A stretch of DNA of 64,000 nt, from assembly GCA_964016885.1 (NCBI GenBank), contig OZ024743.1:313658001-313722000 (forward strand), in the 5' to 3' direction. Shown one piece after another: positions 49,095 to 64,000 of the stretch. Origin of the DNA: Eledone cirrhosa. Lineage: Eukaryota. The position numbers and the translations under genes are program-made. The notes below the pieces were generated by a model. The model saw only the letters and a list, made by a program, of their open reading frames with translations, did no database searches and had not been told where the DNA came from. Numbering within the stretch: position 1 is the first letter of the stretch; every line of letters starts with the position of its first letter.

Positions 49095-50363
49095 CCAAGG
49101 GAAACGCTCGCCAAAATGGAGCGCGCACACTTCCAATTCCTTTGGAAGAAGCGGGCTCCTATGGTGAGGAGATCCATCTGCTGTCAACACCCTTCGAAAG
49201 GAGGGCTGGGGATGCCGTGGCTAATGATACGTAAACACGCATTAAGGCTACGGCACCTTCAGGTATTCCTCTCCGGTCAACCGGTGTGGGCCCCGTTTGT
49301 GAGGCGAGCCTTTCCCAGACTCGTCTCACTCACCGAGCTGCAATCCTGGGTCAAGCAAAGACCGAGAAAACTAGGCGCCTGGCACACCGAGTGTGCCCAG
49401 GCACTCACGGCTCTCTGGCAGGCGGACCCGGCTGTCAGTGGAGAATCCACCGCAACATTCTATAGAGGGTTGGTGGTTAGCAGGTGCGACGACGCCCTCG
49501 GAGAAGCCCTAGGCATAAAGGAAGACGAACTGGCCAACCTGTTCGGTAGGACATTCAGCCCGGGACCCATGGATAACTTCCAGAGGTCCCTGGCCTGGCA
49601 ATGCTACAGAAGGGCTCTGCCCGTTCGAGAAAGGCTCTACAGACACGGGCGCCCGGGTAGGGACCCCGCCAAAAAGATCTGTCCCAGATGCGTGTGCGAC
49701 GAGGAAACCGTTGCACACGCATTGGTACACTGCTCGGGCATTGCCGATCTGTGGGGTTATGTCGAACAACTGCTGTCAAGGGTGGGACCAATCCGGTTGA
49801 CCACCGAGTCTATTGTAACGATCAAGCCGCCCCCCCCCTCTTCAAAAACGAAGGAGAGGCGGTGTTTCTGTGCGTAATAGCCATGGCGAAAGAGGTTGTA
49901 TGGTGGACGCGTCTGAAAGGACTGAGGTCAGACACCTTTCTCTCTGGCCAACAATTGGTCCGTTTCTTCCGATATCATTTCGGAAGAAGGATCAGGATGG
50001 AGAGAGAGGTGCTGCACTCCAGCCGTTTCTATAAAAGATGGGTGAAAGTGGCGAGAATGGCCCGTGTGAATGGGCCTTCACTCTACATCAGACTATAGGT
50101 GAGGAAGATGAAAGACCAAGGGAGCACCCCTTCTCTGTGCTCCCGAGGAGAAGGGTTGCACACTTTTTTCGGGGGTGTGTGCGACCCCCCCCAATGCGCC
50201 TCCTCTCTATTGAGGACTTTGTTATAAATTTTATTTTTTGTTATATTTTATTTTATTTTTATATATTGTTATTGCCTTCTCCTTATTGAGGACGCCTTGT
50301 TTTGTAAACTCCCCCATTGTACTTGTCCCACTTTTGATGCCCTGGTGGCAAATAAAAGAAACA
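49095..50363 (+). mobile_element. 5'-truncated Tx1 copy in (TATC)n
   Basis: ORF2 C-terminal third with a frameshift in a C-run; (TATC)n on both sides. Confidence 0.92.
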
Positions 50364-50426
<63 letters not shown>

Positions 50427-50642
50427 TTGAGATGGACACACGCGTATAACTTGCTGAGTAAGTTCTGTTTAAATTTCTATAGAAATTCCTGTCTGTTAAC
50501 TTTAATTTTTCTACCATTTTGTAGAGGGACTGCCAGGTCAAACTTTGATCTGGTCAGTCTCTCAAAATATTCTACGCCTTTAGGCGAAATAGTTAAACAA
50601 AAAAAAAAAGTTTTTTCTTGTTGAAAAGTCAATATTTTTTAA

Positions 50643-52435
50643 ATGGCCGAAGCTTCTTCACCAAAATTCGAAGGAGGAAAGGGGAAGACGAACTTACAGC
50701 TTCCCCCTGCCACTGTCACAGTAGCAGAGGTCAAGAAGAAAGGTCAGCCAGAGGAAGAATTCCCTCCACCTGTTAACCAACAACTTGACGTTGCCATGGC
50801 AACAACCCAAAGAACCAGCAGCAACAGCAACAACAACAACAATGCGACGGACGAAAACAACACCAATAACAATAACAATAAAAACAACAACAAGACCAAT
50901 AACGGTGACAACAACAACAATGATAACAACAACACCACCAACGACAACAACAACACAAACAAACAAAATTTCTCCTTCGCCGAGACGACAAGGAAAACCC
51001 TCGACTATCTGCCAGTAGATATAACAAAAGCGAAGGAGCTACTGGCGGATGCGAAAAAATATATAGTGTACGGGGAAAATGGTTCATTCACAATCCATTC
51101 ACCCCCGGAACTAAAAAGCCAGAGACTCCTAAACACGGTCATGTTTAGGACAATCTCGAACAAAAGTAAAAAACCAGCTCAACCATCACAGAGCGAGATA
51201 GAGCTGGTTTTAAAAGACGTCATGAAGGACATCACCTTCATTCAGAAGGATAGACTCTACGGGAGTCTATCCATTCTCATGAAGGACAGGGACACAGCAG
51301 TGAAACTGTCCATCAAACCAATCACATCCACCGCATACACCTTCTACCCTACGTACATGGGTAGAAGAACACAAAAAATAAAAATCCACACCATCCTGCC
51401 GATTATGGACATATGGTGGGTTTTGACAGGTTTTCTGGACCTGGAGGATGACATGCTGGTGTCCATGGGAAAGGCATCGGGTGACGCGTTCAGTGGAACG
51501 AGCCTCGAACTTGTAGTTCAAATGAGGCCCGAAAGGATCGCCCAGATCCCTGAACGCGTCATACTGGATGATCTAACCTTCATCAACATTACCGTTGAGG
51601 GTAGACGGCCCTCGTGTTACCTCTGCGGAACCAGAGGTCACCTGAGGGCTGTCTGTCCCCAACTTAATAAGAAAACCCCAATCCTGCCTACACCACCAAC
51701 AACTGCACAACCAACACAATCACCACAACTACCACTACAAAAACAACCACCACAGCTCAAACCAAAACAAAACAATGTCCAACCCATCCCCTCCACTCAA
51801 AAAACAAAAACAATTTCCAAAACACCCGTACCGCAAACACAACCCGAAAATATACCCCTCCCCTCCAACGCGGAAGATGACCCTAGTTCGGCGTCAGACG
51901 AGGAGGAGCACTTCCACACAATCAAAAGAAAAAAAAGAAAACACACCTCAGACACACAAATGAAAAAAAACCCTCCCCAAAACATAACACTGACACCAAC
52001 ACAAAAGAGCTCACAACAACAGCAAACAAAAACACCACACAAAAACAAAAACATATATACACATACATAAACACAAGAAACAAAAAACTATTAAACATTG
52101 TGTACAACAACAATCTAATAAAAACACAAGGGCCTAACTTCACCCAGGCAGGGGATTTCCCCCACCTCAAAATGATTAAGGCCCCACAGGACACCTATAA
52201 AACTTTAAAAAACAATTTTAAAGAGGACGTGGGTCCCCCCTGCGTCGGGCCCATTAACCGCGTCCTCCTAAAAAACTATCCCACTCCCTCCCCAAACACC
52301 CACACAACTCCAAGCTCCCCAACCACACAACACACTGATGCCCCCACACTTCCACAAACCACCACCCCACCCAACAACCCATCCCCCACCCTAATGGAAA
52401 TTGTGCAGCCCGATACCCGGGACGCAGAGAGGTAA
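50643..52435 (+). pseudogene. Tx1 ORF1, frameshifted near 52060
   Basis: CYLCGTRGHLRAVC knuckle; 52100-52435 frame carries YKTLKNNFKEDVG..MEIVQPD homologous to the copy B C-terminus. Confidence 0.85.
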
Positions 52436-52459
52436 GTGTCTTTTCTCTTCACCACCAAC

Positions 52460-55400
52460 ATGGCTATGCTAAGAGTAGGCTGTTTAAATGCGCGTGGCCT
52501 GGGCTCAACTTGGAAGCAAGCAATGCTTCTAAATGACCTCAGGTCACAACGTATAGATGTGATGGTTATTTGCGAGGCCCGGATCAGCAACGTGCGACAG
52601 CTGGCCCCCACCTTTGATGACTTTGAGATGCACGCATCTCTCTGTCAGCCCGGAGGTGGGGGTGGAGTTGTCGTGCTGCTGCAAAAACATCTGGGTCTCG
52701 CAACACAGATGGTACATTTGGACCCGGAGGGTCGACTAGTGGTTCTGGACCTTGGCAGTGGTAAAGGCGGAGCGTTTAGGTTGGTAGCCGCCTACGGCCC
52801 TTTCGGGTCAATGCGGCCGGACTTCTTCCATCGTCTGGAGACTTTTCTGGGGACGTCCCGCTCCTTGCTATTAGTGGGGGACTGGAATGGTATCCTAGAT
52901 GCACGCTGGGACTACGTAGGGGCCTGCCCCGATAGAGAGGGGTGTAATATCCTCAAAGGGTTAATCGGTCGATTTGACCTGGCCGATAGATATCGACTAG
53001 ATTTTCCGACTGCGCCAACCTGGACTTGGGCAAATCGTAGCGGATCATCTAGGTCGTACCTAGATAGGTTCTTAGTTAGAATTAAGGATAAGGACTTTTT
53101 AAGTTGTCCAAAAATGCGCATGGTTGGCTATTCAGACCACAAATTAGTGACCTGCATGGTCAACCTTGACAGAACTCATAGACAGGGCCCCGGTTACTGG
53201 AAGCTCAACTTGTCCTTGCTGGCAAGTAGAGCCTACAGGAATCGGATTAGTACGTTAGTTAAGGAACGGTTGACTGGAGCGATCGTCAACAGCAGGTGGT
53301 GGGTATCTCTAAAGAGAGAGATTAGAGTAGTCTCGATAGAATTTAGTAAGGTTTTAGCTGCGGATAGGAATAGGAAGGAAAGGGAGCTAATAGATAGAGT
53401 AGAAGAGGCAATTAGAAGCGGCGACGTGGCCAGAGTGCTAGCGTCGAGAACGGCTTTGAGCCAGTTTTTCGACGCGAAGCACGAAGGCTGCGTTGTCCGA
53501 AGTAAAATACGTGCTCTAGGGAACGAGGGGATCAAAGCTGTTAGCTGGGCCCGCGTGACAGAGGCCAACAGTGGAACTAAATCCACCATCCGGTCTTTGC
53601 GAGACCTGGATGGACGGGCGATTCTTGAGCCTAAGCAGATGTGTGAGGCCTTTCAAAGGCACTTTGCCCGACTGTTCGGGAGGGGCGGGGAGCCGGTTGG
53701 GAACGTGGACTTCGGTCCATACCTCGACGGCCTGCCGCGCCTCTCGGACAGGGAGGCGAAGTCCTGCGAGGAGCCGATTTCGGCCGCTGAGATAGAGGAC
53801 GTGCTGAGCCAATGCGGCAAACGCAAATCCCCGGGTCTCGATGGTCTTCCTTACGAATTATATCTAGCTATGCCGGACTTGTTCCCCGATCTCCTCGAGG
53901 CGGTCTACTGCAACTGGCAACAGAACGGGAGAATTCCCTGTACTGTGACCAAGGGCGTAGTTTCGCTAGTGAGGAAGGACGAGAACAAGGGGGACGAAAT
54001 AAGTAACTTCAGGCCCATAACTCTGCTAAATACAGAGTTACAGATTTTGGCCAAGGTGCTAGCAAAGAGGTTGGCACTTGTCGTGGGCAACCTGGTGGGA
54101 GATGCGCAGACATGCGCTATCCCGTCCAGGTCCATCCATGACAACCTCCACCTCATGCGATACATCATAGAGAGGGTTGGGAACGAACCCGGCTTTGGCG
54201 GGGCTCTGATCAACTTGGATCAATCTAAGCCGTTCGATAGGGTCCACCATGGTTACCTGGATGCGGTGCTAGCGGCGGCAGGCTTCGGACCCGTTTTCAG
54301 GGGCTGGATCACTGCTATGCACAGCAGCCGCATCTGCTCTAGGTTCAAGGTGAACGGCTACCTCTCGGAGCCGTTCAAAATCGCGCGGTCCATCCGACAA
54401 GGGTGCCCTTCTGTATGTGTTGACTCTCGAGCCACTACTGCGGAAGTTGGAGTTGTTGCAGGGCATCCCTTTGGAACCGGGATTGCGGAAAGCGGTGTCG
54501 GCCTACGCCGATGACGTGACAGTAATGGTGTCGACAGCCTCCGAAATCGAGGCGGTCGGCACCTTACTGGAGGAGTACGAAAAGTTCACAGGGGCTAAGC
54601 TGAACCGGGACAAGTCGATCGGTTTGCAACTCGGCACGTGGAGGGGCAGACCGATGCCCTCCGATGGCGTCGTCGGACGCTGGACGGAGGGCCCGGTGAA
54701 GTTGCTCGGGGTCTGGTTCGGGCCGGATCTCCAGGTGGAGAAAAACTGGGCGGAGGTTACGAACAGGGTGTTTGCACTGACCCAGAAGTGGGCCAGTTGC
54801 AAACTATCCCTGAAAGGTTGGGCGGAGGTGGCGAACACCTACATAGCGTCCGTCATCTACTACCGCCTGACCGTAGTGCCCTGCCCAAGGGAAACCCTCA
54901 CCAAGATGGAGCGCGCGCTCTTCCAATTCCTTTGGAAGAGGCGGGTTCCTATGGTGAGGAGATCCATCTGCTGTCAACACCCTTCGAAAGGAGGGCTGGG
55001 GATGCCGTGGCTAATGATGCGTAAACACGCATTAAGGCTACGGCACCTCTACGTATTCCTCACCGGACAACCGGTGTGGGCCTCGTTTGTAAGACGAACC
55101 TTTCCCAGACTCGTCTCACTCACCGAGCTGCAATCCTGGGTCAAGCAAAGACTGAGAAAACTGGGCGCCTGGCACACTGAGTGTGCCCAGGCGCTCACCG
55201 CCCTCTGGCAGGCGGATCCGGTTATCAGTGGAGACTCCACCGCAACATTCTATAGAGGGCTGGTACGCAGCAGGTGCGACGACGCCCTCGGAGAAGCCCT
55301 AGACATGGAGGAGGACGAACTGGCCAGCCTGTTCGGTAGGACATTCAGCCCGGGACCTATGGACAACTTCCAGAAGTCCCTGGCCTGGCAGTGCTACCGA

Positions 55401-55886
55401 GGGGCTTTACCCGTTCGAGAAAGGCTCTACAGACACGGGCGTCCGGGTAGGGACCCCGCCAAAAAGATCTGTCCCAGATGCGTGTGCGACGAGGAAACCG
55501 TTGCACACGCATTGGTACACTGCTCGGGCGTAGCCGATCTGTGGGGCTATGTCGAACAACTGCTGTCAAGGGTGGGACCGATCCGGTTGACCACCGAGTC
55601 TATTGTAATGATCAAGCCGCCTCCCCCCTTCAAAGATGAAGCAGAGGCGGTGTTTCTGTGCGTAATAGCCATGGCGAAAGAGGTTGTATGGTGGACGCGT
55701 CTGAAAGGACTGAGGTCAGGCACCTTTCTCTCTGGCCAACAACTGGTCCGTTTCTTCCGATATCATTTCGGAAGAAGGATCAGGATGGAGAGAGAGGTGC
55801 TGCACCCCAGCCGTTTCTATGAAAGATGGGTGAAAGTGGCGAGAATGGCCCGTGTGAATGGGCCTTCACTCTACATCAGACTATAG
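52460..55886 (+). pseudogene. Tx1 ORF2 with an 11-nt deletion at ~54409
   Basis: 692-aa and 489-aa ORFs; lacks ctctcctccct present at 56550-56560. Confidence 0.92.
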
Positions 55887-56150
55887 GTGAGGAAGATGAA
55901 AGACCAAGGGAGCACCCCTTCTCTGTGCTCCTGAGGAGAAGGGTTGCACACTTTTTTCGGGGGTGTGTGCGACCCCCCAAGGCGCCTCCTCTCTATTGAG
56001 GATTTTGTTATAAATTTTATTTTTTGTTATATCTTATTTTATTTTTATATTTTGTTATTGCCTCCTCCTTATTGAGGACGCCTTTTTGTGTAAACTCCCC
56101 CCTTTGTACTTGTCCCACTTTTGATGCCCTAGTGGCAAATAAAAGAAACA

Positions 56151-56218
<68 letters not shown>

Positions 56219-56219
<1 letters not shown>

Positions 56220-58301
56220 GTCGTGGGCAACCTGGTGGGAGATGCGCAGACATGCGCTATCCCGTCCAGGTCCATCCATGACAACCTCCACCTCATGCGA
56301 TACATCATAGAGAGGGTTGGGAACGAACCCGGCTTTGGTGGGGCTCTGATCAACTTGGATCAATCTAAGGCGTTCGATAGGGTCGACCATGGTTACCTGG
56401 ATGCGGTGCTAGCGGCGGCAGGCTTCGGACCCGTTTTCAGGGGCTGGATCACTGCTATGCACAGCAGCCGCATCTGCTCTAGGGTCAAGGTGAACGGCTA
56501 CCTCTCGGAGCCGTTCAAAATCGCGCGGTCCATCCGACAAGGGTGCCCTCTCTCCTCCCTTCTGTATGTGTTGACTCTCGAGCCACTACTGCGGAAGTTG
56601 GAGTTGTTGCAGGGCATCCCTTTGGAACCGGGATTGCGGAAAGCGGTGTCGGCCTACGCCGATGACGTGACAGTAATGGTGTCGACGGCCTCCGAAATCG
56701 AGGCGGTCGGCACCTTACTGGAGGAGTACGAAAAGTTCACAGGGGCTAAGCTGAACCGGGACAAGTCGATCGGTTTGCAACTCGGCACGTGGAGGGGTAG
56801 ACCGATGCCCTCCGATAGCGTCGTCGGACGCTGGACGGAGGGCCCGGTGAAGTTGCTCGGGGTCTGGTTCGGACCGGACCTCCAGGTGGAGAAAAACTGG
56901 GCGGAGGTTACGAACAGGGTGTTTGCACTGACCCAGAAGTGGGCCAGTTGCAAACTATCCCTGAAAGGCCGGGCGGAGGTGGCGAACACCTACATAGCGT
57001 CCGTCATCTACTACCGCCTGACCGTAGTGCCCTGCCCAAGGGAAACCCTCACCAAGATGGAGCGCGCGCTCTTCCAATTCCTTTGGAAGAGGCGGGCTCC
57101 TATGGTGAGGAGATCCATCTGCTGTCAACACCCTTCGAAAGGAGGGCTGGGGATGCCGTGGCTAATGATGCGTAAACACGCATTAAGGCTACGGCACCTC
57201 TACGTATTCCTCACCGGACAACCGGTGTGGGCCTCGTTTGTGAGACGAACCTTTCCCAGACTCGTCTCACTCACCGAGCTGCAATCCTGGGTCAAGCAAA
57301 GACCGAGAAAACTGGGCGCCTGGCACACTGAGTGTGCCCAGGCGCTCACCGCCCTCTGGCAGGCGGATCCGGTTATCAGTGGAGACTCCACCGCAACATT
57401 CTATAGAGGGCTGGTACGCAGCAGGTGCGACGACGCCCTCGGAGAAGCCCTAGACATGGAGGAGAACGAACTGGCCAGCCTGTTCGGTAGGACATTCAGC
57501 CCGGGACCTATGGACAACTTCCAGAAGTCCCTGGCCTGGCAGTGCTACCGAGGGGCTTTACCCGTTCGAGAAAGGCTCTACAGACACGGGCGCCCGGGTA
57601 GGGACCCCGCCAAAAAGATCTGTCCCAGATGCGTGTGCGACGAGGAAACCGTTGCACACGCATTAGTACACTGCTCGGGCGTAGCCGATCTGTGGGGCTA
57701 TGTCGAACAACTGCTGTCAAGGGTGGGACCGATCCGGTTGACCACCGAGTCTATTGTAATGATCAAGCCGCCTCCCCCCTTCAAAGATGAAGCAGAGGCG
57801 GTGTTTCTGTGCGTAATAGCCATGGCGAAAGAGGTTGTATGGTGGACGCGTCTGAAAGGACTGAGGTCGGGCACCTTTCTCTCTGGCCAACAACTGGTCC
57901 GTTTCTTCCGATATCATTTCGGAAGAAGGATCAGGATGGAGAGAGAGGTGCTGCACCCCAGCCGTTTCTATGAAAGATGGGTGAAAGTGGCGAGAATGGC
58001 CCGTGTGAATGGGCCTTCACTCTACATCAGACTATAGGTGAGGAAGATGAAAGACCAAGGGAGCACCCCTTCTCTGTGCTCCTGAGGAGAAGGGTTGCAC
58101 ACTTTTTTCGGGGGTGTGTGCGACCCCCCAAGGCGCCTCCTCTCTATTGAGGATTTTGTTAAAAATTTTATTTTTTGTTATATCTTATTTTATTTTTATA
58201 TTTTGTTATTGCCTCCTCCTTATTGAGGACGCCTTTTTGTGTAAACTCCCCCCTTTGTACTTGTCCCACTTTTGATGCCCTAGTGGCAAATAAAAGAAAT
58301 A
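56219..58301 (+). mobile_element. 5'-truncated Tx1 copy (D) with open ORF2 C-terminal half (56223-58037)
   Basis: Near-identical to 54079-56150 but with intact RT motifs; (TATC)n on both sides. Confidence 0.93.
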
Positions 58302-58332
<31 letters not shown>

Positions 58333-58580
58333 TTACCTACCTACCTACCGATTCTCTGTGCTATAAACCTATCATTTAGCTGTCTATCAATCTCTCTACA
58401 TAACCAATTTACGTATATATCTGTATATCTATCTACATACCTAACTGTCTATTTATTTAGCAATCTACCTACCTGTCTTTCTAACTGTCTATTTATTTAT
58501 CAACCTACTTACCTCTCTTCCTATCTGTCTACCTGCCTATGTATCTATAATTATATATGTATAGTTACCAACCTATATAT
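58302..58580. repeat. (TATC)n grading into degenerate TACC/TGTC/TATC tract
   Basis: Direct reading; likely the original target locus. Confidence 0.8.
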
Positions 58581-58794
58581 CTTCGAACAAAAATGTGCAA
58601 AAACAACAAATCAAAACTCCCAAAAGGAGTGCGAAAATATATAGATAGACAGGTTGACATGTAGATGAACTGGTAGAACTAAGTCATAGTTATGAGACAT
58701 ATATTTGAGGAATATTAAAAACAACATTGAAGAAAATTGCGTAATTCATTTAAAAGAATGTAAAAGGAAATCGAGGATTGTAGGAATTAAAATG

Positions 58795-58985
58795 GGGAGA
58801 CGGTGGATTGGCAGTATCAGTAGAGAGTCGGACGCTATGCTTTCCAGCATAGTTACGTCCCTTTACGGACTGAGTTCAAATCCCACCGAGGTTAATTTTG
58901 CCTTTCATCCTTACGGGGTCACTAAAATAAAGTACCACTAATGTACTGTATAATTGCTGGCCTTGTGCCAAAAGTAGAATAAATT
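58795..58985 (+). mobile_element. SINE copy, core family
   Basis: ctgagttcaaatcccaccgaggttaattttgcctttcatccttacggggtc..taaaataaagtacca. Confidence 0.75.
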
Positions 58986-59040
58986 ACTAAATTACTATCT
59001 CTCGGTCTCTCTCTCTCACTCTCTCTCTCCAACTCTCTCT

Positions 59041-59076
<36 letters not shown>

Positions 59077-59390
59077 ACACACACATATCAGTATATATGT
59101 ATATAAAGATGGCGTAGAAAATACAATGCAACGGGAGGAAAAATAGCACCACTGACGATGTTGCAGATGTGCAACGAAAGAACTTTGATAAACTATATAT
59201 ATGTGTTTGTCTCTATATTGTATCTGTATTATTTTTGACCGTTGGTCAGTCAATGACAACATTGAGGACCGAATAAATTAGATTACTGATATAAAAGACA
59301 CAGAAGCGAAAAGCGAAAACCAACCAAACAGTGAGTGTGTTCTGTTATTAATTCTGGCAATATTACACAAATATGACCCTCCCCAAGTAT

Positions 59391-63570
<4,180 letters not shown>

Positions 63571-63610
63571 AATATATCACAACTCGTGTGTTACACCTCT
63601 ATTCTTTTAA

Positions 63611-63764
<154 letters not shown>

Positions 63765-64000
63765 GAGTATGAGTGAGAGAGAGAGATTGTAATTTAATAA
63801 TGGAGATATACAGATGTAACCTTTTTCTTTATAGTAGACTTCATCTGCTTAACGCAATTCATGATATATATCTTAAAGGAACGCTAATTATATTCAAATT
63901 ATCTAATTATATTCAAATTTCAGAATGCTACAACCTTAGAATAGGTATATTTGCCTATGTAATATGTCTTTTATTGTGGTTGTTTCGATGACGAAGACCC

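Larger units (their letters stand above)
50427..56150 (+). mobile_element. Full-length Tx1 LINE (copy C) in (TATC)n, one frameshift in each ORF
   Basis: Leader, ORF1, ORF2, AATAAA, (TATC)n on both sides. Confidence 0.94.

Noticed and set aside
52050-52100. Programmed frameshift in Tx1 copy C ORF1
   Set aside because: Break lies in an ATATACAC/A-rich run and the homologous ORF1 of copy B is continuous; slippage or sequence error is more likely

Overview
AT-rich eukaryotic (animal) DNA, probably cephalopod/octopus-like judging by the recurrent SINE family and extreme (TA)n/(CA)n content (inference). I found no convincing host gene. The window is almost entirely microsatellites plus retroelements that sort by the microsatellite they sit in. 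(1) A ~25-kb nest in one (ATT)n tract (21226-46397) holds two Tx1-clade LINEs on + (one with intact ORF1 and ORF2) and six R4/Dong-type restriction-like-endonuclease elements on - (two families, one intact). (2) A head-to-tail array of four copies of a related Tx1 family sits in (TATC)n (48588-58333). (3) Many Penelope-like element (PLE) relics lie in (TA)n, several with inverted termini, and they carry at least seven hammerhead-ribozyme motifs, including a U3:A8 core variant and a ~200-nt mini-element that is little more than a ribozyme. Also present: CR1, RTE and Tc1/mariner remnants and SINEs. The most notable unexplained signals are the ribozyme mini-elements and conserved non-coding motifs in the LINE leaders (DPE-like motif, GTRAGT donors, an invariant hairpin). 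Most short ORFs in the track are microsatellite artefacts. All structures were read by eye; no folding or searches were run.
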